This document shows, one piece after another, positions 17,501 to 25,732 of a stretch of 34,480 nucleotides of DNA. Source of the DNA: a virus; IMG/VR virus record IMGVR_UViG_3300028534_000010, positions 1-34,480 of that record. One strand, given 5' to 3'. Each line of letters starts with the position of its first letter. Position 1 is the stretch's first letter. A program made the translations under genes and the position numbers. A model generated the notes under the pieces. It was not told where the DNA came from, searched no databases, and was given only the letters and a program-made list of their open reading frames with translations.

Positions 17501-18640
17501 AAAGCATACACTACAGAGCTTGTTCAAAAATCTTCGTTCTGGGGTCTGTTTAAATCCTCTTCAATACGCGAAACATTCACAAACCTACCAGATGATGTGA
17601 AAAAGAATCTATCAGACAATTTCGCAGATGGATTCTACTCAATACTCGAAGCTGGGATAGCACTCGGATTTGATGCTGACAAGCTGACAGAGCTACTGCA
17701 AAATGCAGAATTTGATCTCGGCAAAATAGATATGACAGAGCTGTCTCAGGACGAAGTTAATAGCAGGCTACAGGCAGCATATAGTGAAGCGTTTAGCGGT
17801 ATAATTGATGATGTAGATGTATTTGATTCTTTGATGGAGCGGTATTCTATATCAACAGAGGATTATCTTGAGACGCTTACAAGAATCGCTGTTGAATTTG
17901 AGCAGGCAACTTATAGCTTTAGTCTGATCGGGAAGAATCTGATAGACCAATACGCTGCCATAGATATAGTATCAGGAGCAGGCGGGCTAGACTCATTCAA
18001 TGACAGCTTTTCCACATTTGTGGAAAATTTCTATACCGACCAAGAAAAGCTTGACATGTCATTCAAATCTCTCTCCTTGACAATGGGCAATATCGGCGTG
18101 GATATGCCAGACTTCCAAGATGCAGAAGCCGCCAAAGAGTGGTATCGCAATCTGATAGAGGGGTGGGATACGTCCACACAAGCATCAAGTGAGGCTCTTG
18201 GGCAGCTGCTTACTTTGTCAGATGGATTTGCTACGTTCACACAGCAGCTAGATGGTCTATCTGATGTACTAGACGAGACGAAACGCAAATCACTAGACTC
18301 TATTAGATCAATAGCTGATGAATGGCTAGGGAGTCTCAGTTACCTGACAAGGCAACAAAAGGCTGATTATGCAACTGGATATTTTGACCTGATAAGAGAG
18401 TATAATGATCCAGAGACTACTATTGATGCAGCAAGGGCAATGGCAGAGCAGGCACTTAAAACAACTGCAACAAAGGACGAGTATAAGCCATATTTCGACG
18501 CACTCATAAAGGCAAAAGAGGCAGAGGTAGAAGATGCCTCTATGCGTGATCTATTGGAGGAGCTGCAAGCTCTTAGGAAAGAGGTGATCGAAGTGAAAAA
18601 CGCACAAATAGACATTAGCACATACGGAGGTGCTGCATGA
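14573..18640 (+). CDS. Tail tape measure protein
   Basis: 1355 aa, A/Q/K/E-rich and coiled-coil in character, directly after G/GT. Confidence 0.9.
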   Translation: MSRTSKIQSIELKVYANTREVKRMRSEFRELKTEIRTANDVQTRMAAAAIPQMNRYASATARATTQTKNLTNQMVRHIRQVESLFVAGYGLYKLYTATLGVGHEYNKLLENEVAGMKILAVQNLKDTDAMGRKLTLQEKYNIAQAESIKMVDLARKINPETPYNLSDTIKTYKAIFPQLIKYKATLEDIAEITKKMTILGKARGLSMDQFIKTIDTAFSGQMKQSQMQMALGSVGITNATIKEWQKSGTLVQNVLKSLEQVDSKMAGITMTWDTAVSNFVTVWQNLWSIVQKPIFTNIKKDIVSFTSLLSGSEESIAGWISGISTSIWTAVKAFAVYKVGTLSMQRGNMSFAASSLALQRQLYTTGRAAEFTGSMMQVMSFKVKELGAALIAVGRANLPLLALTAVFEGWEYIANRNRDAQERFNTAINKTTEEIKAMTAAQRAVALRDIELGLNREIDKLNHLKHLKDKIIKQDEIRRKKAIMIYGEERVAREFKENTAALTSAQAELDAQQKIVDKLKEQKALWEETDLSIQGATWSAKEMSTELNQSSIYASGISGGANNAKISISSAANEAARLAQNLMNAVAALNGALRGQAVLKGVMNQAQATYEGLAAKMNSANEPLSNMNLSALDMGGVAGDKQRLHYADAIAKTESAKLEIMKLQQQVSLDGIKAATDYQIVQIQNEALERQIAGDKQAQHDAALRTIEVERQALIDKASIDAQYKNSIQYQTDLNMLKQRELQEQQKINKEIAKGGGGSKKASADAKKAAKEAKKEAEKFTGAFTSLIDKMLSGDWSNLFKDFFSSISKTLAKPFIDDISKKMSSVLSSMMSSLGSGGSFVAAIAIQIGSAMLNSLFNSTVSQAEIDAAKGRDDWNDKSLANLGALFESVMYPQLTATNKMSKYLKSIDRNTAAFTRALVGKASTAGIDLTGVNHVDTQTTGFLGFSSKSVSLIGTGLAMDLMTLGDAMDYTTIKAKAYTTELVQKSSFWGLFKSSSIRETFTNLPDDVKKNLSDNFADGFYSILEAGIALGFDADKLTELLQNAEFDLGKIDMTELSQDEVNSRLQAAYSEAFSGIIDDVDVFDSLMERYSISTEDYLETLTRIAVEFEQATYSFSLIGKNLIDQYAAIDIVSGAGGLDSFNDSFSTFVENFYTDQEKLDMSFKSLSLTMGNIGVDMPDFQDAEAAKEWYRNLIEGWDTSTQASSEALGQLLTLSDGFATFTQQLDGLSDVLDETKRKSLDSIRSIADEWLGSLSYLTRQQKADYATGYFDLIREYNDPETTIDAARAMAEQALKTTATKDEYKPYFDALIKAKEAEVEDASMRDLLEELQALRKEVIEVKNAQIDISTYGGAA

Positions 18641-20061
18641 TTAGATTATTATTAACAGCATTTCTATTGATGGGATGCGGAGGAGAAAAAATGGCTACAA
18701 CAGGGCAGGAATATGAGCTTGAACTAATATCTACTAATGTTCCAAACAGGTACCCAACATTTCCAAATGATGGTGTCGTAGAAAAAGGAACACTGATAGA
18801 AGATATCGGTGTATCTGGGTACGTATGGGAGGCACAGGAGACGTTCTATAATAACCCAGATACTTCACTTTACAACAAAACAGTAAACGACTCACACGAA
18901 TCCCCAAAATTTTACTGTAACACGGCAGACAAATTAACATACACTGGTGTAGCAATGAGAGGCGTTTTGCCAGTAGGATACCCTGTCTCTGGAGGTTCTA
19001 TTACAAAGTATATAACCCCAAAAAATGGTGTTATGTTTGGCGGGCTCCTTCCAGATTCTGAGCCGGCTAGCGGCAACATTTATTATAATGACAATTTTTT
19101 GCATAGCGGGAAGCTATGGTACGATGGAGACTTCCATTGGGATCCAAGCGACAGCGAGGTTGTATATACAGAGAATGACTTTGCACTTACTCATCAAGAT
19201 ATGTTTTTCCAGCTACAAAATGCATCATCGGGAGAACCCCGGTACATAGCAACAATCGGCGGGGTCATAACAAAAGATGTAGATGCACTTGCAGCACTGT
19301 CCGCTGACGGCACTCTGTATGATGATGAAAACCATGTATCTGGAATATGGGAAAATAGAAGAGCGTCTGCACCATCATCACTGACAGATACTTTAAATAT
19401 TACTCAATCAGAGCACGATAACGAGATACTAATTTCTGCATCTCCTACCCACAAAATAAACGCAATAGCCGTGTCCAACGTGACAGCATCTTCAATATAT
19501 TGGGAGATATTAGACGACGGAGATGTAATAGACAGCGGTGAAGTAGGTGTAGATTGTTGGCTTGACGCAGACCATTTATTGCCACAAGGCGGTACTACGG
19601 TGCTCATCCCGCTTGGGAGAATGATAAGCACAGATTACGTTATAAATATAACAATAACAAATAATGGAACAGTAAGAGTTGGAAATATTTCAGGATGTAT
19701 TACCGTAGATGATGGTGTTACAGGGTATGACCTGTCTATTTCTACTATCAATTTCAATGACCATACACCTGACCCGTGGGGGAACATAGAGCTTGGTAGA
19801 AAAGCGGTCGTTACAAAACTGGCTTATACTGTCAGGGGTGATGCGAAGCTGCTGTCTCAGTCGCATAGGCGGCACAAGTCTATGGAGGAGAAGATAGTAA
19901 TAGTAGATGCTACAGATATCGCATTAGAGACAAACTGCTATTCCATACAAGAAGCGGTAAAGAGAGGCATAATGACAGTATCATCAACTGCTCTTGTAAT
20001 TAAAAATGGTGTTCCTACTGGGGCGGCTGAGTATAAAGTATCTGTACAGGAAGTGGTATGA
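18637..20061 (+). CDS. Distal tail protein with an N-terminal lipoprotein-like signal; alternative internal start at 18691
   Basis: ATGA overlap with the tape measure stop. The N-terminus MIRLLLTAFLLMGCGG looks like a lipoprotein signal. The second ATG (M19) is preceded by GGAGGAG at 18679-18685. Confidence 0.65.
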   Translation: MIRLLLTAFLLMGCGGEKMATTGQEYELELISTNVPNRYPTFPNDGVVEKGTLIEDIGVSGYVWEAQETFYNNPDTSLYNKTVNDSHESPKFYCNTADKLTYTGVAMRGVLPVGYPVSGGSITKYITPKNGVMFGGLLPDSEPASGNIYYNDNFLHSGKLWYDGDFHWDPSDSEVVYTENDFALTHQDMFFQLQNASSGEPRYIATIGGVITKDVDALAALSADGTLYDDENHVSGIWENRRASAPSSLTDTLNITQSEHDNEILISASPTHKINAIAVSNVTASSIYWEILDDGDVIDSGEVGVDCWLDADHLLPQGGTTVLIPLGRMISTDYVINITITNNGTVRVGNISGCITVDDGVTGYDLSISTINFNDHTPDPWGNIELGRKAVVTKLAYTVRGDAKLLSQSHRRHKSMEEKIVIVDATDIALETNCYSIQEAVKRGIMTVSSTALVIKNGVPTGAAEYKVSVQEVV

Positions 20062-20561
20062 GTTGTTGCCCTGATAGCGTACCTACATTACTCTGGAAGA
20101 TGTGTGAATCACCATTCGCACTAATACATCAAGAGGGATACAGCGACGACACAGGAGTTGTATTTGAAGGATTCGCAGGAAGGTCGATAGCAGATGAACG
20201 TCCAAAATACAAAGTAACCCTAACGCTCAAGGACGATTTGGCAGTAAGAGAGTTCTTTAGATGGCACAAAGAGACGATAGCCAACGGTACAGGATTGTGG
20301 GCTATATTCGGAGATCATGCGGGCGAAACGAAATGGTGGGTAGTGAGACTTGTCGACAACCGAGTAAAATTCTCGGCTAAAAGCAGGTTGAGAGAAGCAA
20401 TATTAGAGGTGTATATCTATGGATATGCAAAAACAGTGACAGAACCATCGGCAGAGTGTAGCGTATTGTGTGATGATGGCGATCAGATGACAGAAGGTGG
20501 ATGCACGATTACAGCAGATGCTGTATCTGGTGTTGCGTCAGATTTGATATGTAAGGAGTAA
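20058..20561 (+). CDS. Hypothetical tail or baseplate protein
   Basis: 167 aa with an ATGA overlap with the upstream gene. Confidence 0.6.
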   Translation: MSCCPDSVPTLLWKMCESPFALIHQEGYSDDTGVVFEGFAGRSIADERPKYKVTLTLKDDLAVREFFRWHKETIANGTGLWAIFGDHAGETKWWVVRLVDNRVKFSAKSRLREAILEVYIYGYAKTVTEPSAECSVLCDDGDQMTEGGCTITADAVSGVASDLICKE

Positions 20562-20563
20562 AA

Positions 20564-21154
20564 ATGGGATGTTTATTGTCAGAAACAATAGAAAACAACG
20601 ACAGCGTGATAACTTCGATGAAGAACGCACTAGCCGGGTGGTTTGCACAAATCGGTGGCGACAGCACACAGAAATTCAAAGTAGCTAATGCCGACAACAA
20701 TGACGAGGCACTGACGCTTGGGCAGTTTTCAGGTGACGATATATTTTTTATCAACGGCATACACTTCACGAAGCAATTCGCCCCAATTTCATTCGATTCA
20801 GACGACAAGAACTATGCTCATGTAATCATGAGCGTGAAGAAGGGTGATAATAAGATGATAAGCTTTACTGTGGATGGGTATATTTATGGAAGTAAAAACA
20901 TATACAGTAAGCTTGGGTTATATGCATATGACGGCGACGATGATCCGTATGCTGTAAAGATAACAAATCTCGCAGATGGTGGATTCGCAGACCCATATTA
21001 TTCAGCGGATGATAATCTAGTAGTCGTCATAGACCTAGCTGGGGGTGCGCAATACTCTGGTGGCATGCTTAGCTGGCAGACTATGTCTTCTCACTACAGT
21101 TTAGTGCATGTAGAGTCTGTCATATACTCCGATGATGCGACAGGGGCAGCATAA
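20564..21154 (+). CDS. Tail-fibre-like protein (tentative)
   Basis: 196 aa. The segment FKVANADNNDEALTLGQF resembles the conserved motif seen in many phage fibre proteins. Confidence 0.5.
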   Translation: MGCLLSETIENNDSVITSMKNALAGWFAQIGGDSTQKFKVANADNNDEALTLGQFSGDDIFFINGIHFTKQFAPISFDSDDKNYAHVIMSVKKGDNKMISFTVDGYIYGSKNIYSKLGLYAYDGDDDPYAVKITNLADGGFADPYYSADDNLVVVIDLAGGAQYSGGMLSWQTMSSHYSLVHVESVIYSDDATGAA

Positions 21155-21405
21155 TGAAAAACCCACTACTAACAATCCCAACAGACAAATGCGGACACAC
21201 TATCGCAGGTGCATTGATATTCACGATAATGTTTGCCATATCAGGAATGATATTCGCATCATTCGTAGTTGTAGCAATCGCAGCAGCTGGCAAGGAGATA
21301 TACGACAAGTTCCACCCATTATCGCACACAGCAGATGTTTGGGATTTTGTCGCTACTTTGTCTCTGGCAGCTGTTATAGCTTTATCTTATTATATTGGAG
21401 GATAG
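21154..21405 (+). CDS. Small 3-TM membrane protein (holin candidate)
   Basis: 83 aa with three hydrophobic segments and GKEIYDKF between TM2 and TM3. A TAATG overlap joins it to the upstream gene. Confidence 0.45.
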   Translation: MKNPLLTIPTDKCGHTIAGALIFTIMFAISGMIFASFVVVAIAAAGKEIYDKFHPLSHTADVWDFVATLSLAAVIALSYYIGG

Positions 21406-21744
21406 ATGGAAACTGAGGTGATAACTAGAACAGTTGAAGCGGCAGAGAGACTGTCGCAAACTGGCGAGAATGGGTTTGTATTGTTTGCTATATTGACTGT
21501 TGTCTCAATGCTTGGTCTAATGGGGTTCATAACCTACAAGAGCCAAAAAACGATGATAACAACGCTCACAGAGAAGCACAATGACAATGCCGAAGCCATT
21601 GCCCATGCACATGAAAGAATGCATGAGCTAGAAACAAGAGAGAACGAGTGTATTAGGAGGCTGGATACGGCTACAGACAAACTAGAGTCATGTACTAGGC
21701 GGCTTGAGGGCTGTTTCAGTGAACTAAAAAACAGAAAGGACTAA
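21406..21744 (+). CDS. Single-TM coiled-coil membrane protein (holin/antiholin or spanin-like)
   Basis: 112 aa with a GGAGG SD. The TM segment is GFVLFAILTVVSMLGLMGFI, followed by a helical C-terminus with 3 Cys. Confidence 0.5.
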   Translation: METEVITRTVEAAERLSQTGENGFVLFAILTVVSMLGLMGFITYKSQKTMITTLTEKHNDNAEAIAHAHERMHELETRENECIRRLDTATDKLESCTRRLEGCFSELKNRKD

Positions 21745-21745
21745 T

Positions 21746-22003
21746 ATGACAGACTACACACTTACAGAGAAGGAAGAGACAGTAAAACACGACGGAGGAG
21801 ACGTGCTTCACATAACAAATTGTGCATCGTTCACAAATATTGGGTACACAAGGCTAAAATGGAGCTCTGCACCAATATCTGACTCAAACCTTGGTGCAGA
21901 GTGTGGCACTGGAGACGGAGCTATATTCAGTGCTCCTATAGATATCTATTTCCTAACAGAAAAGCACGATATGAAAATCCAAGCTAGAAGCGAGACATTA
22001 TGA
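21746..22003 (+). CDS. Hypothetical protein
   Basis: 85 aa with an AAGGA SD and an ATGA overlap with the next gene. Confidence 0.55.
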   Translation: MTDYTLTEKEETVKHDGGDVLHITNCASFTNIGYTRLKWSSAPISDSNLGAECGTGDGAIFSAPIDIYFLTEKHDMKIQARSETL

Positions 22004-23187
22004 TAAGCAATGGTCATACAAATTTCGGAGTAGACGGAACAGCAGCTGCCCCAATAAAGAGTTTGGCTGTCTACAATGCACAGAGAAATCCAGAATGGAC
22101 AAAGATTGACGATCTCATAACTCCAGAAGAGTATGCGAATGGAACACAAAAAATGGTAATCCTTGCGAAAGTATCTGCATATGATCGAGTTCGTTTCGAT
22201 ATAAAAGGAGAATGTACTGTTGATTGGGGAGATGGCTCTATTGCTACAGAACCGACAACAGGCATATCTTACTATAAAAATTATGAGCCTGTATATGCAG
22301 ATATGCCACAGCCAGAAATTGATGGATGGTTTAGATATGTAGTCATAACGATTACTGCAAATGCAGGAGAAGATTTTACATATTTCAGAGTTGAAAGGCA
22401 TAACTCTGATATGAACTGGGAAGGTATTTTGGAGGTAATGGCAAATGTACCAAAAATGGAACACTGGAGCCATATCTTCAATTATCATATTGAGCTTCTG
22501 TACTTAAAAGGAGCACATCTAACAAATTACCTTGTATTTCCGTCAAGATTGAAATATTATGATTTTGACATATCTAACAGATCATCCTATAGCTCAATGT
22601 TGTCGTACTGTATATTCCCGCTTGATGTTGAGATAACATTAGATAGTGTGACAAATCTTAGCAATTTAAACAAATATTGCCAAATTGAATCTGCGAAATA
22701 TGTCGGTCAAATACAAAACGACTTTACAGCAAATTACATGTTTGGATTGAGCTACATTGAGGTGTTGCCAAGCTTAGATTGGAGTAGATGTTATGATTTT
22801 AGATATTTCCTGTATTACAATAAATTTGCCAAGATAATGCCGCTGATAGACATGAGCGGGTGTACAACTGAAGGATATGGATATAGATCTTTTTACGGTG
22901 CTCAAGCACTACAGAATTTAAACATAATAAACTGCGAAATCTCGCTGGATTTCACGATAACCAGATGCCTGCCATTGGCAGAGATAATCCGTTTTGGCTT
23001 AAATGGAATTGTAGATAGGTCTGGAGAAGATGATACGAGACAAATCATACTTAGTGCATCTAGGGCTAGACGTGAATTAATAATCATGGACGACAATGAC
23101 AGTACAATAACTGTAGATGGAGTTACATATGATCATGATCAGGTTATAGAGATATTTACAGACAAAAACTGGGATTTAGTATTATAA
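22000..23187 (+). CDS. BspA-like leucine-rich-repeat protein (possible receptor-binding or surface protein)
   Basis: 395 aa. VDWGDGSIA is followed by repeated segments of about 22-26 aa of the type NYMFGLSYIEVLPSLDWSRCYDFRYFLYYNKFAKIMPLIDMSGC. Confidence 0.45.
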   Translation: MISNGHTNFGVDGTAAAPIKSLAVYNAQRNPEWTKIDDLITPEEYANGTQKMVILAKVSAYDRVRFDIKGECTVDWGDGSIATEPTTGISYYKNYEPVYADMPQPEIDGWFRYVVITITANAGEDFTYFRVERHNSDMNWEGILEVMANVPKMEHWSHIFNYHIELLYLKGAHLTNYLVFPSRLKYYDFDISNRSSYSSMLSYCIFPLDVEITLDSVTNLSNLNKYCQIESAKYVGQIQNDFTANYMFGLSYIEVLPSLDWSRCYDFRYFLYYNKFAKIMPLIDMSGCTTEGYGYRSFYGAQALQNLNIINCEISLDFTITRCLPLAEIIRFGLNGIVDRSGEDDTRQIILSASRARRELIIMDDNDSTITVDGVTYDHDQVIEIFTDKNWDLVL

Positions 23188-23196
23188 GGAGAAAAA

Positions 23197-23382
23197 ATGA
23201 CGATAATGACACCGAAAAAGCACAAAGAGGGCGATACAGTGGTAGTGGGCGGAGAAGAACTGACGATAAAAAAAGTACACAAGCGGAAAAAGGGTAAAAA
23301 ATTCTACACGATTGAGGTAGATGATCCGACTCCTGATCCTATGATTGGGCAGATGATGGAGATAGAAGATGACGCAATTTAA
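23197..23382 (+). CDS. Hypothetical 61-aa protein
   Basis: AAGGAG SD. The protein is soluble and charged. Confidence 0.55.
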   Translation: MTIMTPKKHKEGDTVVVGGEELTIKKVHKRKKGKKFYTIEVDDPTPDPMIGQMMEIEDDAI

Positions 23383-23620
23383 AGTCATTGTAGTCTCGAT
23401 AATGATAGGAATAATCGCAATACTCTACACAAGAGTATCAATCCAAAACAATCGCATAGCGGGGCTAGAGAGCAAAATAGACTCGCTAAAAATGGAGATG
23501 CAGCTTGAGTCTATAGGCTCTCATGCAGATGGTGAGATAGACGCTATGATCGATGAGTACGACAGGAGAAGAGATGAAAACAGCTCTGGCAATACTTTTG
23601 ATTTTGACTGGCTGTTCTAG
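23369..23620 (+). CDS. i-spanin (Rz-like)
   Basis: 83 aa with an N-terminal TM (VIVVSIMIGIIAILY) and then a coiled coil. Its 3' end contains the start of a lipoprotein gene in another frame. Confidence 0.7.
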   Translation: MTQFKVIVVSIMIGIIAILYTRVSIQNNRIAGLESKIDSLKMEMQLESIGSHADGEIDAMIDEYDRRRDENSSGNTFDFDWLF

Positions 23621-23855
23621 CATTACACCAAAGATGCACCCAGTCAAACCAAAACTACATGACATTAAAAAGTGTGGCAGGCTAAAATATGAGAGAAAAA
23701 ACGGAAATGTCATACTTGACTACAAGGCAGCGAAGTGTTTGTCAGAGGCACTCACACAGTGCGGGCAGGACAGACGAGTGCTGATATCGGCAAATAAGGC
23801 AAACGTAGAACAAATGGAGCTTATGAATGACAACAGTAGTGAATCAATACGGTAA
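23574..23855 (+). CDS. o-spanin (Rz1-like lipoprotein), overlapped architecture
   Basis: Start set at the internal ATG at 23574, which has a GGAG SD. MKTALAILLILTGCSS carries a canonical lipobox. It overlaps the i-spanin gene by 47 nt. Confidence 0.7.
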   Translation: MKTALAILLILTGCSSITPKMHPVKPKLHDIKKCGRLKYERKNGNVILDYKAAKCLSEALTQCGQDRRVLISANKANVEQMELMNDNSSESIR

Positions 23856-24000
23856 GTACGTTTATGGAGAAGCAAGAGACCATATCGTGTCTGAGTACGA
23901 CAAAGACAGGACAAAAACAGTGTACGATGGTAGAAGAATAAGGTTAGTAGGACACAGTACGGACAGCGACGGAAACAGGATTATAAAGGTAGAGATATGA
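23827..24000 (+). CDS. Hypothetical 57-aa protein
   Basis: Encodes MTTVVNQYGKYVYGEARDHIVSEYDKDRTKTVYDGRRIRLVGHSTDSDGNRIIKVEI. An ATGA overlap joins it to the amidase start. Confidence 0.45.
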   Translation: MTTVVNQYGKYVYGEARDHIVSEYDKDRTKTVYDGRRIRLVGHSTDSDGNRIIKVEI

Positions 24001-24743
24001 AGTTTGCATTAGTTGTTGGGCACAGAAAGAAATCGCAAGGGGCAGTAGGCTCTGATAACTTATCTGAGTATAAATATTACAAAAACATCTTCATACCTGA
24101 CGTAATGAATATGCTGAAAGTAGAGTCTAAAATGTTCACGAGGGGGGACTATGGAACAAGCTATACAGACAGAATCAGAAAGCTTCATAAAAAGATTGAC
24201 GATTGGGGAGCAGACTATGCAATCTCATTTCACTTTGACGCATCAAGCAACCCAAAGGCACAAGGACACACAGTGCTATACGACAGTGCATCAAATAAAA
24301 GCAAAGCTACCGCCTTAGTGTTTGACTCGTTTTTAGATAAATATATGCACAATCGTGACAGAGGATTGCTAGACAGACACAGAGGTAACGGGTCAGCATT
24401 TTTGAGGTACGGAAATAGTACAAACGTGTTGTTGGAGCTGTATTTTGCATCACATCAGCATCTATACGCAAAAGGTACAAAAGGATACGACAATGCAATA
24501 AAAGCAGTTGTAGATGCTATCCACTCACTAGACAATAAAGATGATGTAAGATTTTACTTTGGAAAAAGGTCTCTAAAGCGATTAAACGCAACAGGAAACA
24601 AAGCATATATAGACACAATGAAGCGAGCGATAAAGATATCAAAAGTTGATATTACGATAAAAAAAGATGGAAGTTTTGCCCCATACCCGAAAGGAGCAGA
24701 TTGGGCAGAGGTGAGCCGTGCTGTTATGAAGTCAATCAAATAG
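23997..24743 (+). CDS. Endolysin, N-acetylmuramoyl-L-alanine amidase (Amidase_3-like)
   Basis: The pattern ALVVGH...SEY...ADYAISFHFDAS...GHTVLY...NVLLELYFASH matches the H/E/H zinc amidase pattern. Confidence 0.75.
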   Translation: MKFALVVGHRKKSQGAVGSDNLSEYKYYKNIFIPDVMNMLKVESKMFTRGDYGTSYTDRIRKLHKKIDDWGADYAISFHFDASSNPKAQGHTVLYDSASNKSKATALVFDSFLDKYMHNRDRGLLDRHRGNGSAFLRYGNSTNVLLELYFASHQHLYAKGTKGYDNAIKAVVDAIHSLDNKDDVRFYFGKRSLKRLNATGNKAYIDTMKRAIKISKVDITIKKDGSFAPYPKGADWAEVSRAVMKSIK

Positions 24744-24780
24744 AAAGGAGGTGATCCATCTATCTACAGAGCACTTGTGC

Positions 24781-25329
24781 TTATATGTTTTCATTTTTTA
24801 TCATTTGCTCAAATAGCATATTCTCAATGCTAGGAAACGGCACTGACTCTATTCCATAAGTAGTTGACAAATACTTGTCAAGCTCTCTGTGTATCAAGTC
24901 GATATCCTTAGAGCTGATCTTTGTCGTTGACTCTTTGCTAGTCAGTGCCTTCTGGAACGGTCTCCAAAGCAGATTTTTGACATTCTCACCAGTCCAAGAT
25001 ATTTGCGTATCAGTATGGCTTAGTATCTTTTCTTTTACTTTTATCACCAATTCGCTTCCTGTCTTATTGTAGAGCCAGTCCATTACTTTCTCTATCTTTG
25101 AGTCTCGTTTCCTATTCAAAACATACTGCACAGAGTACCCTGCATCATTTAGTAGTTCTGCCACAATAGCAAAATACTTATGCAGTGCCCTGTTAGCAGT
25201 ATATGATCTTGTTGTTTGCGTTGTCTTTATAATACTATACACTTTGTTTTCGTCAAGAGGCGTAAGCACAACGTCCGCATTGCTATCGTCCATGAGATAC
25301 CATTTCCCACTTGTACTGATTATTTTCAT
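24781..25329 (-). CDS. NinB/Orf-like recombination mediator (tentative)
   Basis: 182 aa. TRSYTANRALHKYFAIVAELLNDAG and STTKISSKDIDLIHRELDKYLSTTYGIESVPFPS parallel lambda NinB RSLDQNRKLWACLGDVS and STSRMRVGEFAELLELIQAFGTERGV. Confidence 0.4.
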   Translation of the reverse strand: MKIISTSGKWYLMDDSNADVVLTPLDENKVYSIIKTTQTTRSYTANRALHKYFAIVAELLNDAGYSVQYVLNRKRDSKIEKVMDWLYNKTGSELVIKVKEKILSHTDTQISWTGENVKNLLWRPFQKALTSKESTTKISSKDIDLIHRELDKYLSTTYGIESVPFPSIENMLFEQMIKNENI

Positions 25330-25526
25330 TTTTCGCCCATCATCTCAATCAATTTTTTTATTCTTTTTATTGTTTTGCCGTCCTGCTTTTTGATTAATTC
25401 TCTTTGCGAATCTGAAAAGTTTGCATATTCTGGAGTATCGACACGCATTGTGTGTTCTATTATAAGATCGATGAAGTCATAGCAATCGTCTATAGTTAAT
25501 GGGCATAGTTGCTTAATTGTTTTCAT
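25326..25526 (-). CDS. Hypothetical protein
   Basis: 66 aa with an ATGA-type overlap with the downstream gene. Confidence 0.55.
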   Translation of the reverse strand: MKTIKQLCPLTIDDCYDFIDLIIEHTMRVDTPEYANFSDSQRELIKKQDGKTIKRIKKLIEMMGEK

Positions 25527-25527
25527 G

Positions 25528-25731
25528 TTATCGCCTCAATTCATGTAAATGAATGGATATATCATTTTTTAGTAGTCTGTCAATGCTATCAAGTGCTCTT
25601 GCTATTTCTCTCATATCTTCACTGCCAAAGTACTTCCCAATAAGTTCAGTCATCCAACCATTACCGTCAAATATTATTTTCGCTAAAAACACTCCATTCC
25701 TCTCAACTTGAATCTCTTTAACTATTGCCAT
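25528..25731 (-). CDS. Hypothetical protein (start moved to the internal ATG)
   Basis: The ATG at 25731 lies 1 nt after the exonuclease stop and has a GAGG SD. The track start at 25785 would overlap the upstream gene by 53 nt. Confidence 0.5.
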   Translation of the reverse strand: MAIVKEIQVERNGVFLAKIIFDGNGWMTELIGKYFGSEDMREIARALDSIDRLLKNDISIHLHELRR

Positions 25732-25732
25732 C

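Noticed and set aside
21132-21416. 94-aa alternative-frame ORF overlapping the 83-aa membrane protein gene
   Set aside because: Its translation is Arg/Cys-rich and junk-like. The 21154 frame gives a clean 3-TM protein with a coupled start.
21946-22488. 180-aa minus-strand ORF opposite the LRR gene
   Set aside because: Its composition is Cys/Ile/Phe-rich and junk-like, and it has no SD. It interrupts an otherwise uniformly plus-strand coupled operon.
24744-24780. Expected bidirectional terminator between the convergent late and early-left operons
   Set aside because: Only a 5-bp stem (agcac-tt-gtgct) with a 2-nt loop is present, and there is no U-tract. That is not enough to call a terminator.
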